Assembly (NCBI GenBank): GCA_019689775.1
Contig: JADGGV010000001.1
Coordinates: 1-49,545, forward strand
Source of the DNA: Gemmatimonadota bacterium
GTDB taxonomy: Bacteria > Gemmatimonadota > Gemmatimonadetes > Longimicrobiales > RSA9
DNA length: 49,545 bases
Direction of reading: 5' to 3'
Shown: positions 27,573-36,322 of the stretch, piece after piece
How positions within the stretch are numbered: the stretch's first letter is position 1
Layout of the letters: each line of letters opens with the position of its first letter
Notes under the pieces: model-generated
The model's database searches: none
Told to the model about the DNA's origin: nothing
What the model saw: only the letters and a program-made list of their open reading frames with translations
Translations under genes and position numbers: made by a program

Positions 27573-30500
27573 TCAGAACGACGGGCCGAAGGAGATGGAG
27601 AATACGCCGCGGCGGCCGGGTCGGTTCATCGGGATCGCGTAGTCCAGCCGAAGCACCGTGTAGAAGACGTTCATTCGCAGCCCGATCCCGTAACTGAAGA
27701 GCGGCTGCCGGTACAGCAGCGGATCCTGTCCGGGTTCGCGTCGCCAGACCACGTGGACCGGCAAGCGGTTCTCCGGCGCGCACCGCAGTTGGGTGAAGTC
27801 GCCGTCGACGCAGACGTTGCGGCTCCACGCGAGTCCGCCGTCGAAGAACGCCACGGCGTCCACGGGCGGGAACGCGCCGAGGAACCCGAGCTGGAGCTCG
27901 GTGATGACCGGGAAGCGCAGCTCGAGGTTCATGAAGGCGGCACTCGAACCGATGAGCTGATCCCGCGCGGGGCACCCCGAGGCGGACGGCGCGCCGTCGG
28001 CGCTCGAACCGGCCCGGCACTCGGCGCCGTCCGGGTCGTACGACCCGCCGTCGTAGCCCCGGATCAGATACGGCCCGCCCCAGTAGAGCGAGAAGCGGTC
28101 GGCGTCGCCGCCGGGGTGCAGCAGCCCGAAGAACTGTGAGGCGAACACGAGCTTCCGCTTGTAGTTGGCGTAGTTGCGGACGTCGATCAGCGCCTCGTTG
28201 AAGTGGAAGTCACCGAGGGTGCGCGAGGCCTGCAAGCGGTAGCGCCGGCCGTAGATCGGCCCGGTCCAGCCGAAGAGCGTGTTGTCGAAGACGAGCGCGG
28301 CGAACGGCTGCACGTAGGCGAACTGCTGGAGCCGCACCGTCCGGTTCACCGGCTCGTTGTCGCTGACGTACAGCCCGCGGTAGAGGATGTCGGTCCTGTA
28401 GTACGTGGCCGTGCCGCCGACCTCCAGGCGACGGAACGGATTGAACGGGTAGCTGATCGTGGCCGCCCCCATGCGCATCACGTCGCGCACGAAGACGTTC
28501 GCGTAGGCCTCCCGCGCGCCGTCGCCGAGGTCCAGGTCGAGGTAGCCGCCGCCGTAGTAGCGGTAGAGCGGGACCTGCTCCACAGCCACCGTCAGGTTGG
28601 CGCGCCGCTTCAGGAAGCTGTAGGCACCCAGGAACTGGGCATCGGAGAGGGACCCGTTGACGTTCCCCGCCAGCAGGATGTTGTGGTTCCCCAGCATGTC
28701 GCTGAGGGCGATGTAGCTCCCGCCGTACACTCCGTTGCCGTAGAAGCCGCCGACCTGCGCGCCGAGCGTCGGCCGCCCCACCATGTCCGGCGTGAACTTC
28801 ACGTGGTAGTCGCTGAGCTGGAAGCTGCCGGTGTCCGGGAGCGCCACAGCGGCGCTGTCCAGGAGCGCGACGATCGACACCGGCCCCGAGAGCGCGGCGC
28901 CCGACGGCGTCGGGCTCAGCGCGCTCGGCCGGAATTCGGCGCCGGCGCGGTAGTACGATGCCGACAGCCGGCGGGGCATCGCCGCCGCCGCGGTGTCGGC
29001 CTCTGCGGAATCCGCCGCTCCCGGCATGCCGGAGGCGTCGTCGCCGCGGCCGGTGCCGGGCGCCCGCGGTGGATCCGCAGCGGGCGAGTGCGCGACACTC
29101 GCCGGCCGCCGATCCGCCGCCGCCAGGACCGCCGGCCTGGGCGCCGCGACGGGGATCCGCGCCAGCTTCCGCGGATCCGCCACCGTGTAGATGTTGTAGC
29201 CCGCCTGCTCGAAGTAGACGAACGCGAGCCGCCCATCCCGGGCCCACGAGAGCACGGGGCTGAGCGGCCCGATCGCGATGATGCCCGAGAGCACGCTGCT
29301 CAGCCGGGACAGCTCGCGCGTCGCCAGATCGTAGAGGTACAGGTCGTTGTTCCCGGTGCGGTCGCTGACCCACAAGAGCTGGCGGCCGTCCGGCGACCAG
29401 ACCGGATTGTGGTTCTTCCCGGTCTCCTGATGCGGCAGCAGCTCGATCCGCCCATCCGACAGGTGGAGCAGCGCGACTCGGTAGTTCCCGTACCGGAGCG
29501 CGTCGAAATCCGTGGCCTCGCCGCGGTCCGTCGTGAAGGCGATCGTCTCGCCGTCCGGCGACCACGCCGGCGTCATGTCCGTGTAGCGATCCGCCGTCAG
29601 GCGGCGAGCGCGGCCATCCAGGTCCGTCACGAACAGATCGGTGATGCCGCCGTCGTTCCCGCTGAAGACGATCCGCGACCCATCCGGCGACCAGCTCGGG
29701 CTCGTCACACCGTTCAGCTTGAAACGCAGCTTCCGTACGATCCGGCGGCGGCGGACATCATAGATGTAGAGGTCGTCCGAGCCGCCCGTCTGCGCGCTGA
29801 ACGCGATGTACCGGCCGTCGGGCGAGAACGACGCCGACGAGTTCATGAACCGAAGCGACTCGAGGTCGCCGCTGCGCTCCGCTGCGATCAGGCGCCGACG
29901 GATCTTCCCCGTCTCCGCATCCGCCAACCACAGGTCGAAGGAGAAGCCCCCCTGCTGCGACAGGAAGACCAGGTTCTTCCCGTCGGGCGAGAGCGCCGGC
30001 GCGAGATACCACGGATCGGTCAGCTTGTCGTGCCGCGTCAGCTTCGCCGCGAAGCGGTCCGGCCGCTGGAAGTCCGCGACCTGCGGCAGGTACGTCGTCC
30101 GGACCTGCGCCAGCCACTCGCGGCTCAGCTCCTCCAACGTCAGGCCGAGCGTCGTGCGGAACGCCCGCTCGAGGCCCATGCGCGGCGTCTTCTGGAGCAG
30201 GATGCCGACCACCTCGTCGCCCCACTTCGCGCCGATGTACTGCCAGAGCGACTGGCCGAAGCGGTAGGACAGATAGTCGTCCCGCTGCGACATCTCGGCG
30301 ATGTCGCGCATGTACCCCGACAGCACGGCGTCCCGCAGCCACGAGACCGTCAGCGGGTCGATCCGGCCGATCGAGAGGTACTCGGCCATGCCCTCCATGA
30401 ACCACAGCGGGAGGCGCTCGCCGAACGGCGAGGCGTCGGGCATCATGCCGCGCCGGAAGAGGATGTCGAACTGGAAGGCATGCACCAGCTCGTGCGTGAG

Positions 30501-30905
30501 CACGTGCTCGAAGTCCGCGTACGAGCCGGTGAAGGGGATGATCATCCGGTTCTTGATCGGCTCGGTCACGCCGCCCGTGCTCTCGTCGAGAAACCCCGCC
30601 AACGCGTTGGTCTGCTGGAAATCGGCGTGCGAGGCGTAGACGATCAGCGGCTTCCGCTCGCGGAACTCGTGCTGAAGAAGGCGAGAGAGCCGGGCGTAGG
30701 ACCGCTCCACCATCCGCGCGGCGTCCAGCGCCGCCACCCGCTCCTGCGGGTAGTAGTAGACGTCGAAGTGCTCCGTCTTGATGATCTTGAAGTCGAACGT
30801 GCGGTACTGGACCTTGTTGCGCCCGAAGTACTGCGCCCGTGCGGGCGTGGCGGAGACCGCGGCGAGAACGCCGACCAACGCGGAAATGGCGAGCCGGCGG
30901 TGCAT
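27573..30905 (-). CDS. Outer-membrane fusion protein: MA-clan HExxH metallopeptidase-like domain, TolB-like beta-propeller and Omp85/surface-antigen beta-barrel
   Basis: 1110 aa with a signal peptide (ALVGVLAAVSATPARAQ). The peptidase-like part shows THELVHAF followed by WFMEGMAEYL. At least five repeats of the SPDG...-type propeller motif follow (SPDGKNLVFLS, SPDGRYIAFSA, SPDGSRIVFSG, SPDGETIAFTT, SPDGRQLLWVS). The long C-terminal beta-strand-rich region ends in ...VFSISFGPSF, with the terminal Phe typical of OMP barrels. Confidence 0.75.
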   Translation of the reverse strand: MHRRLAISALVGVLAAVSATPARAQYFGRNKVQYRTFDFKIIKTEHFDVYYYPQERVAALDAARMVERSYARLSRLLQHEFRERKPLIVYASHADFQQTNALAGFLDESTGGVTEPIKNRMIIPFTGSYADFEHVLTHELVHAFQFDILFRRGMMPDASPFGERLPLWFMEGMAEYLSIGRIDPLTVSWLRDAVLSGYMRDIAEMSQRDDYLSYRFGQSLWQYIGAKWGDEVVGILLQKTPRMGLERAFRTTLGLTLEELSREWLAQVRTTYLPQVADFQRPDRFAAKLTRHDKLTDPWYLAPALSPDGKNLVFLSQQGGFSFDLWLADAETGKIRRRLIAAERSGDLESLRFMNSSASFSPDGRYIAFSAQTGGSDDLYIYDVRRRRIVRKLRFKLNGVTSPSWSPDGSRIVFSGNDGGITDLFVTDLDGRARRLTADRYTDMTPAWSPDGETIAFTTDRGEATDFDALRYGNYRVALLHLSDGRIELLPHQETGKNHNPVWSPDGRQLLWVSDRTGNNDLYLYDLATRELSRLSSVLSGIIAIGPLSPVLSWARDGRLAFVYFEQAGYNIYTVADPRKLARIPVAAPRPAVLAAADRRPASVAHSPAADPPRAPGTGRGDDASGMPGAADSAEADTAAAAMPRRLSASYYRAGAEFRPSALSPTPSGAALSGPVSIVALLDSAAVALPDTGSFQLSDYHVKFTPDMVGRPTLGAQVGGFYGNGVYGGSYIALSDMLGNHNILLAGNVNGSLSDAQFLGAYSFLKRRANLTVAVEQVPLYRYYGGGYLDLDLGDGAREAYANVFVRDVMRMGAATISYPFNPFRRLEVGGTATYYRTDILYRGLYVSDNEPVNRTVRLQQFAYVQPFAALVFDNTLFGWTGPIYGRRYRLQASRTLGDFHFNEALIDVRNYANYKRKLVFASQFFGLLHPGGDADRFSLYWGGPYLIRGYDGGSYDPDGAECRAGSSADGAPSASGCPARDQLIGSSAAFMNLELRFPVITELQLGFLGAFPPVDAVAFFDGGLAWSRNVCVDGDFTQLRCAPENRLPVHVVWRREPGQDPLLYRQPLFSYGIGLRMNVFYTVLRLDYAIPMNRPGRRGVFSISFGPSF

Positions 30906-30911
30906 GCGGGG

Positions 30912-31337
30912 CTACCCGGCGACCGGGTAGGCAGGAGCATCACCCCAGAGCTGCTCCAACCGATAGAACTCGCGGGCGCTGGGGTGGAAGATGTGGATGA
31001 CGAAGTCGATGAAGTCGAGCAGGACCCAGTAGCCCCCCCGCAGCCCCTCGACGTGGTCCGCGCGGACGCCGGCGCCGTCGAGCTCCTCCATGATGTGCTC
31101 CGCGATGGCGCGCACGTGGATGTCCGACGTCCCCGTCACGATCAGGAAGAAGTCGGTGGCGTCGGAGACCGGGCGCAGATCCAGCAGCACCAGATCGCGC
31201 CCCTTCCGCTCGAGGGCCAGCTCGATGGCCTCCGCCAGCTCGGCAGGGATGTCGGGCAGCTCCGCCAAAAGCTCAGGGAAGCGCATGGCGGGCGCCGCCA
31301 CGGGGGACTCGGGTGACGGGCGGTCGGTTGTCGGCAT
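30912..31337 (-). CDS. rsfS: Ribosome silencing factor RsfS
   Basis: The sequence KGRDLVLLDLRPVSDATDFFLIVTGTSDIHVRAIAEHI...WVLLDFIDFVIHIFHPSAREFYRLEQLW is typical of the family. The start is uncertain, with an alternative ATG at 31286. Confidence 0.88.
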   Translation of the reverse strand: MPTTDRPSPESPVAAPAMRFPELLAELPDIPAELAEAIELALERKGRDLVLLDLRPVSDATDFFLIVTGTSDIHVRAIAEHIMEELDGAGVRADHVEGLRGGYWVLLDFIDFVIHIFHPSAREFYRLEQLWGDAPAYPVAG

Positions 31338-31478
31338 TCGGTACAGTTCCAGATCGAGAAGAACGGTTCCCCACGGGCCTCGCGCCGCCGCGCCGGGGCT
31401 CGTTACCGTCGGCGCGGGTGCAGCATTCAGGCCAGGATGGGTCGGGGAGTCGGTGTCGGATTCGTCTACTATAACGCC

Positions 31479-31523
31479 CCACCCCCCGCACGCACGACAT
31501 TATCGCCGCGCGACGGGGGGTGG
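31479..31523. other. 10-bp GC stem with a 25-nt loop in the rplI-rsfS spacer
   Basis: The element is ccaccccccg-N25-cggggggtgg. It is the most prominent structure in the 219-nt non-coding gap. Confidence 0.4.
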
Positions 31524-31556
31524 ACGATTTCGACCTCGAGGCCAGGGTCCGTGGGA

Positions 31557-32024
31557 CTATTCGCCCTTGATCACCCAGACCTTGATCTCGGGCTTCACAT
31601 CCGCGTGGAGCCGCACCGGGACCGAGTACACCCCCAGCGCCTTGATCGGCTCCTCCAGCTCGACCTGGCGCCGGTCCACCTCGAAGTCCAGCGTCCCCAA
31701 CCCGTTCAGCCGGTCGGTGATGTCCGCCGACGTGATCGAGCCGAAGAGCTTCCCTTCCTCGCCGGCGCGCGCATTGAACGTCAGCGACACGCCCTCGAGC
31801 TGCGAGGCCCGGCGCCGCGCCTCCAGGTAGTCGCGCTTCGCCCGCGCCTCCGCGCGCCGGCGCTCCTCCTCCAACTGCCGCATGTTCGCCGCCGTCGCCT
31901 CGAACGCCAGCGACTTCGGGAGCAGGTAGTTGCGCGCGTACCCGGGCTTCACGGCCACCACCTCCCCCTCTTTCCCGAGCGCGGGCACGTCCTGACGCAG
32001 GATGACCCTCACGTTCTTCGACAT
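31557..32024 (-). CDS. rplI: 50S ribosomal protein L9
   Basis: The N-terminus VILRQDVPALGKEGEVVAVKPGYARNYLLPKSLA is typical of L9. Confidence 0.95.
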   Translation of the reverse strand: MSKNVRVILRQDVPALGKEGEVVAVKPGYARNYLLPKSLAFEATAANMRQLEEERRRAEARAKRDYLEARRRASQLEGVSLTFNARAGEEGKLFGSITSADITDRLNGLGTLDFEVDRRQVELEEPIKALGVYSVPVRLHADVKPEIKVWVIKGE

Positions 32025-32036
32025 GGTCTCACTCCC

Positions 32037-32954
32037 TCAAGCATTCGGACCCAGCGACGCACGCCGCGCCCGCAGGTCCAGCCAGGTATCCGTCAACCCC
32101 ACCAGAACGGTGGCCACCATCACCAGCGGCGGAATCAGCAACGTCGCCAGCGCCGCCAGGAACACGCCGCCCACGCCCGGCGTGCCCAGCACCGCCAGCA
32201 GCACTGCCACGCCCCGCAGCGCGTACAGCGCGCCCATGAACGCCATCAGGTTCGCCCCGGCCCGCACCAGCGCCGGACTCGACAACGGCAGCACCATCAG
32301 GACGATGCCGGCGATCAGCAGCCAGACCAGCTCGTCCCGGAACCGGAACTCCCGCAGCGGCCGCAGCCCGTCCGCCCCACGCCGCGCCAGCGACCACGCG
32401 ATCGCCAGCCCCGACACCGAGGCCAGGCCCAGCAGGGCCGGATGCAGAAGCGCCTGGAGCTCCGCGGCCCGCGAGAAGTCCGCCGCCAGCTCCGTGACGG
32501 CCTCGAGGCCCGCGCCCCGCCAGACGGACACCACGGCCGCGACGGCATCGTAGAACTGCCGCCCTACGGTCCAGTCCGCCGCGGCCCACCCGCCCCGCCG
32601 GAGCGACAGCAGGAGCGCCGCCGAGACGAACGCACCGGCCACCGCCCCGAGCGCCCGGGAGAGGAACGGCGACCGCGGCAAGAGCAGCACGAGCAGCACG
32701 AACCAGGCGCCCACGAGGAGCGCCCAGCCGCGAATCAGCAACGGGAAGGCCCCCTGCCCGGCGCCCACGAGCGCCAGGGCCAGGACCGCGACGCCCGCCA
32801 CGGCGCGCCCGACCCGGAACGGCGGAAGCGCCAGCAACAACAGGCCGAGCGGCGCCAGGATCAGCAGAACCGGCTCGCCGGGCGCCCAGAGCGTCAGGGT
32901 CGCCGCCGTCAGGGCCAGGATCGCGCCGAGTCCGTCGCGGCCCGTCCGCGTCAC
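32037..32954 (-). CDS. Polytopic membrane protein (DUF2232/YybS-like by position and topology)
   Basis: 305 aa with about 8 hydrophobic helices. It lies between rpsR and rplI, as yybS does in other phyla, and ends in LTDTWLDLRAR. The family assignment is tentative. Confidence 0.55.
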   Translation of the reverse strand: MTRTGRDGLGAILALTAATLTLWAPGEPVLLILAPLGLLLLALPPFRVGRAVAGVAVLALALVGAGQGAFPLLIRGWALLVGAWFVLLVLLLPRSPFLSRALGAVAGAFVSAALLLSLRRGGWAAADWTVGRQFYDAVAAVVSVWRGAGLEAVTELAADFSRAAELQALLHPALLGLASVSGLAIAWSLARRGADGLRPLREFRFRDELVWLLIAGIVLMVLPLSSPALVRAGANLMAFMGALYALRGVAVLLAVLGTPGVGGVFLAALATLLIPPLVMVATVLVGLTDTWLDLRARRASLGPNA

Positions 32955-32958
32955 GCGA

Positions 32959-33180
32959 TCAGTCCGCGTACCGCCTCACGTACGGCAGGAGCGCCAGGTA
33001 ACGGGCCCGCTTGACCGCGGTCCCGAGCTGACGCTGATGCCGCGCACACATCCCCGTCATCCGCCGGGCGAGGATCTTCCCCTGCTCGGTCACGAAACGG
33101 CCGAGCGTCTTCTCGTCCTTGTAGTTGATCAGCCGGATGCCGTTCTCGCACATCGGGCAGTTCTTCGCGGCGCGACGCAT
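32959..33180 (-). CDS. rpsR: 30S ribosomal protein S18
   Basis: The sequence [51 protein letters not shown] is typical of S18. Confidence 0.95.
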   Translation of the reverse strand: MRRAAKNCPMCENGIRLINYKDEKTLGRFVTEQGKILARRMTGMCARHQRQLGTAVKRARYLALLPYVRRYAD

Positions 33181-33181
33181 C

Positions 33182-33544
33182 TCACTCCTCCTCTTCGTCC
33201 TCGTCGTCCTCGCTCCGCGGCTCGCGCGTCGCGATCGACATCGGCGCCGTCGGCTCCCCCTCGTGCAGCACCACGAGGTAGCGCAACAACTCCTCGTCCA
33301 GCTTCAGCACCCGCTCGAACTCCGGCAGCGCCTCCGTCTCGGCGCGCGCCTGCACGACGACGTAGTAGCCGTTCGTCTTCTTGGCGATCGGATACGCGAG
33401 CTGCCGGCGCCCCCACTGGTCGACGGCCGTCACCTCGCCGCCGCCGCTCGTCAGCAGGCCGTTGTAACGCTCGAGCTTCTCGTTGATGCGCTCCTCGGGG
33501 AGCGCGGAATCGAAGATGTAGACGACCTCGTAGTCTCGGACCAA
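33182..33544 (-). CDS. rpsF: 30S ribosomal protein S6
   Basis: The motifs are [11 protein letters not shown] and [19 protein letters not shown], and the tail is acidic. The probable start is the TTG at 33544, preceded by GGAGGG. The tracked ORF extends to 33601. Confidence 0.9.
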   Translation of the reverse strand: MVRDYEVVYIFDSALPEERINEKLERYNGLLTSGGGEVTAVDQWGRRQLAYPIAKKTNGYYVVVQARAETEALPEFERVLKLDEELLRYLVVLHEGEPTAPMSIATREPRSEDDEDEEEE

Positions 33545-33604
33545 TGCACCCTCCTCTGGTCTGATGGCCGGGGCCGGACGGCCGCGGCAGGAGTAAAGCA
33601 AGGT

Positions 33605-33633
33605 AGTATAGCGGGAATCCCGTCAGCGGTCCA
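33605..33633 (-). promoter_or_regulatory. Candidate promoter of the rpsF-rpsR-(membrane protein)-rplI operon
   Basis: The minus strand reads TGGACC-N17-TATACT, about 55 nt upstream of the rpsF start. Confidence 0.5.
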
Positions 33634-33673
33634 GGCCCCGGGCGGGACGGACGGCCGCGCGCGGCGCCGCCGC

Positions 33674-33898
33674 CTACGGGCGCGGACGGACGGGGCGACC
33701 GGGTGGCAGCTTGAGGAAGCTGCGGAGCCGGCGCAGGTAGACGGCGAGCAGGAGTGCAACCACCGCGGAGGCGGCCGCGGCGACGAGGGAGGCCGCCGCG
33801 CGGTCGGCGAGGAAGGCCCGGACCTCCCACACCGCAAACGCGAGGAAAAAGGCGATCGCGCTGGCGATGAGCACGCGATGGAACGGCACGAGGGACAT
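33674..33898 (-). CDS. Hypothetical small membrane protein (74 aa, two TM helices)
   Basis: The sequence is MSLVPFHRVLIASAIAFFLAFAVW ... SLVAAAASAVVALLLAVYL. It is the last gene of the respiratory locus. The codon third positions are GC-rich. Confidence 0.5.
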   Translation of the reverse strand: MSLVPFHRVLIASAIAFFLAFAVWEVRAFLADRAAASLVAAAASAVVALLLAVYLRRLRSFLKLPPGRPVRPRP

Positions 33899-33925
33899 GG
33901 GCCGATTCGCTCCGTGGTGGGGCCG

Positions 33926-34897
33926 TCAGACCGGCCGCTCGATCTCGAAGCCCTCCTCCCGGAGCGCCCGACGGAGGTCCGGGTGCTCGCGCCAGAGATA
34001 ACCGCCGATGACGAGCGTCGCCAGGAGGTTTGCGACGGCGATCATGCTCCAGCTCAGCGCATCGAGCAGCCAGTTGGCGGCGATGGCGAGCAGGCCGATG
34101 AACAGCGCCTCGAAGGTCACGAAGAGCAGCGCGAACGCCAGGACGAGCGGGGGCTCGCGCTCCGCCTCGGTGGCGAGCGTGGCGGCGAGGAGGCCCGCGA
34201 TCGCGAAGGCCACGAAGTGGAGCGCGGTGTAGCCGAGGACCGTGATCAGGGTCATGCGCACTTCGCCGACGCCGCGCGCGCCGTAGAAGAGCGCGGAGCC
34301 GAGCGCGGCGGGGGTGAAGAGCACCCGCCCGCGGATGGTGTCGACGATGAGGAACCAGAGGGCGACGGCGATGGCGGCGGCGACGCCGGCGACGAGGCCC
34401 TCGCGCACGATCCGGTGGTGGGCGAGCAGCTCGTGGAGGCCGATCGGCTCGGCGCCGCTCTCCCACCGGAGCGTCACCATGAGCACGAGCCCGGCGAGGG
34501 TGTTGCCGACGAGCACCTCGGGCCAGCCGAGCGCGCGCACGACGTCGACGCCGGTCAGAACGACGCCGCCGTAGAAGAGCAGATCGAAGAGCAGGAAGCC
34601 GAGGAGCGCGCCGAGCAGCACGGTGGGGATCCGGTGCGCCCCGCGGACGGCGAGCGCGACGCCGACGCCGAGCCCGGCGAAGGCGACGTAGTGGACGACC
34701 GTGTAGAGCGCGACGGCCGGGCCGCTGTCGAGGTTCGTGGCGTGTCCGAGGACCACGCTGGCGAGGAACGCCGGGGTATGGAACGGCCGCCCCTCGACGG
34801 AGTCGACCACGAGGAACCAGAGGGCGAGCGCCGTGGCCGCGAGGATGCCGGCGAATCCGCCCCGCAGGGCCCAGGATCGTGGACTCTTCATGACCAC
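33926..34897 (-). CDS. Hypothetical 8-TM membrane protein with a 2x4-TM internal duplication
   Basis: 323 aa. The two halves align by eye: GFAGILAATALALWFLVVDSVEGRPFHTPAFLASVVLG with GLVAGVAAAIAVALWFLIVDTIRGRVLFTPAALGSALFYG, and YTVVHYVAFAGLG with YTALHFVAFAIAG. Each half carries a conserved His. Confidence 0.65.
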   Translation of the reverse strand: MVMKSPRSWALRGGFAGILAATALALWFLVVDSVEGRPFHTPAFLASVVLGHATNLDSGPAVALYTVVHYVAFAGLGVGVALAVRGAHRIPTVLLGALLGFLLFDLLFYGGVVLTGVDVVRALGWPEVLVGNTLAGLVLMVTLRWESGAEPIGLHELLAHHRIVREGLVAGVAAAIAVALWFLIVDTIRGRVLFTPAALGSALFYGARGVGEVRMTLITVLGYTALHFVAFAIAGLLAATLATEAEREPPLVLAFALLFVTFEALFIGLLAIAANWLLDALSWSMIAVANLLATLVIGGYLWREHPDLRRALREEGFEIERPV

Positions 34898-34934
34898 CTC
34901 CAGCCGGAGTAGCGGAGGGCGAGGAACGGGGGGC

Positions 34935-35084
34935 TCACTCGCCGGCGCGGTGCGGCGGCTCGAGCCGTCGGCTGGCGCGGTAGCGCTGGAGGGCGTACGC
35001 GGCGATGCCGAGGCCGAGCAGCACGGGGGGAGCCATCAGGATCAGGCCGCCCCAGAACATCCCCATCATCAACCGATCGTTCAT
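34935..35084 (-). CDS. Hypothetical single-TM peptide (49 aa)
   Basis: The sequence is MNDRLMMGMFWGGLILMAPPVLLGLGIAAYALQRY.... GGGAG lies about 10 nt upstream. The codon third positions are GC-rich. It lies 29 nt downstream of ctaB. Confidence 0.4.
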   Translation of the reverse strand: MNDRLMMGMFWGGLILMAPPVLLGLGIAAYALQRYRASRRLEPPHRAGE

Positions 35085-35113
35085 CAGACCGCGCTCCCAT
35101 CCAACGGGGCCGA

Positions 35114-36031
35114 TCAGTGGATCGCCTTGTCCAGCACCATCAGCGCGAGGAGCGCCGGCAGGTAGAGGATCGACGCGAAGAAGACGCGCCGAGCCGCCCG
35201 GGCACCGGGGTCGCGCAGCACGGCGACGCTGACGGCGGCGAAGTACGCGCCGAGCGCCAGCGCCCCGCCGAGATACGGCACGCCGCTGATCCGGAGCCCT
35301 GCCGGCGCCGCGCTCAACGCGACGAGAGCGATCGCCCAGCCGGCGATGTGGCGGGCGGTGCGTCGCCCGTCCACGTCCAGCACCGGGAGCATGCGCAGGC
35401 CGCCCCGGCGGTAGTCGTCCCGGTAGATCCACGCCAGCGAAAAGAAGTGCGGGAGCTGCCAGGCGAACAGGATCGCGAAGAGCGCGGCGACCTCGAGGCC
35501 GAGCCGGCCGCCGGCGGCGGTCCAGCCTGCCGCGATCGGCAGCGCGCCGGGGACGGCGCCGACCAGCGTCGCCAGCCAGGTCCGGCGCTTGAGCGGGGTG
35601 TAGACGAAGACGTAGCTCGTGAGGCTGAGCGCCACGAGGCCGGCGGTCACAGGATCGACGGTGAGCAGGAGGTAGCCGATCCCGATCACCGAGCACGCCA
35701 GGGCGAAGGCCAGCGCCTGCCCGCGCGACACGCGGCCGGAGGGAATCGGCCGGCCGCGCGTCCGCCGCATGCGGCCGTCGACCTCGCTCTCCCAGACCTC
35801 GTTGAGCGCGTTCGTGCCGCCCGCGGCGAGCCCCGTGCCGATCAGCGTGTGGAGCAACGGCACGGGCGCCGGCCAGCCGGGGGATGCCATGGCGAACGCT
35901 GCCGCCGTGGTGACGAGCACCAGGCGGGTGATGCCCGGCTTGGTCAGCTCGAGCAGCGCACCGGCATGACCGGCCGGGCCGGCCGCGCCGGCATCCGCCG
36001 AGCCCGCGCCCACGGGCGCCGCCGTCATCAT
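35114..36031 (-). CDS. ctaB: Protoheme IX farnesyltransferase (haem O synthase)
   Basis: The UbiA-family motifs are NALNEVWESEVDGRMRRTRGRPIPSG and YRDDYRRGG, and the protein has multiple TM helices. Confidence 0.92.
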   Translation of the reverse strand: MMTAAPVGAGSADAGAAGPAGHAGALLELTKPGITRLVLVTTAAAFAMASPGWPAPVPLLHTLIGTGLAAGGTNALNEVWESEVDGRMRRTRGRPIPSGRVSRGQALAFALACSVIGIGYLLLTVDPVTAGLVALSLTSYVFVYTPLKRRTWLATLVGAVPGALPIAAGWTAAGGRLGLEVAALFAILFAWQLPHFFSLAWIYRDDYRRGGLRMLPVLDVDGRRTARHIAGWAIALVALSAAPAGLRISGVPYLGGALALGAYFAAVSVAVLRDPGARAARRVFFASILYLPALLALMVLDKAIH

Positions 36032-36038
36032 CCGCGCC

Positions 36039-36311
36039 TCACCATCCCTCGGCGAGCACGACGAGGAGAAAGATGAGGACGAGCGGGATCGGCGTGGCGG
36101 CCAGGAGCCACATCCGTCGCGGCTCGAAGCGCAGGTGCATGTAGTACAGGGCGACGAGCAGCGCCTTCCACACCGCGAGCGCGAGCAGGATCGTGATCAA
36201 TACCGCCGCGTGCAGCCCGGAGAGGAACGCGACGCCCAGCTCCGCGATCGTGAGCACGAAGAGAATGAGCCAGATCGCGTAGTAGTTCGGCTGCTTGTGC
36301 GCGGTCTCCAT
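36039..36311 (-). CDS. Cytochrome c oxidase subunit IV family protein (90 aa)
   Basis: The sequence METAHKQPNYYAIWLILFVLTIAELGVAFL...ALLVALYYMHLRFE has three TM helices and matches the bacterial subunit IV pattern. The tracked ORF extends to 36464, but I prefer the ATG at 36311. Confidence 0.8.
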   Translation of the reverse strand: METAHKQPNYYAIWLILFVLTIAELGVAFLSGLHAAVLITILLALAVWKALLVALYYMHLRFEPRRMWLLAATPIPLVLIFLLVVLAEGW

Positions 36312-36322
36312 CTTCGCCCCAG

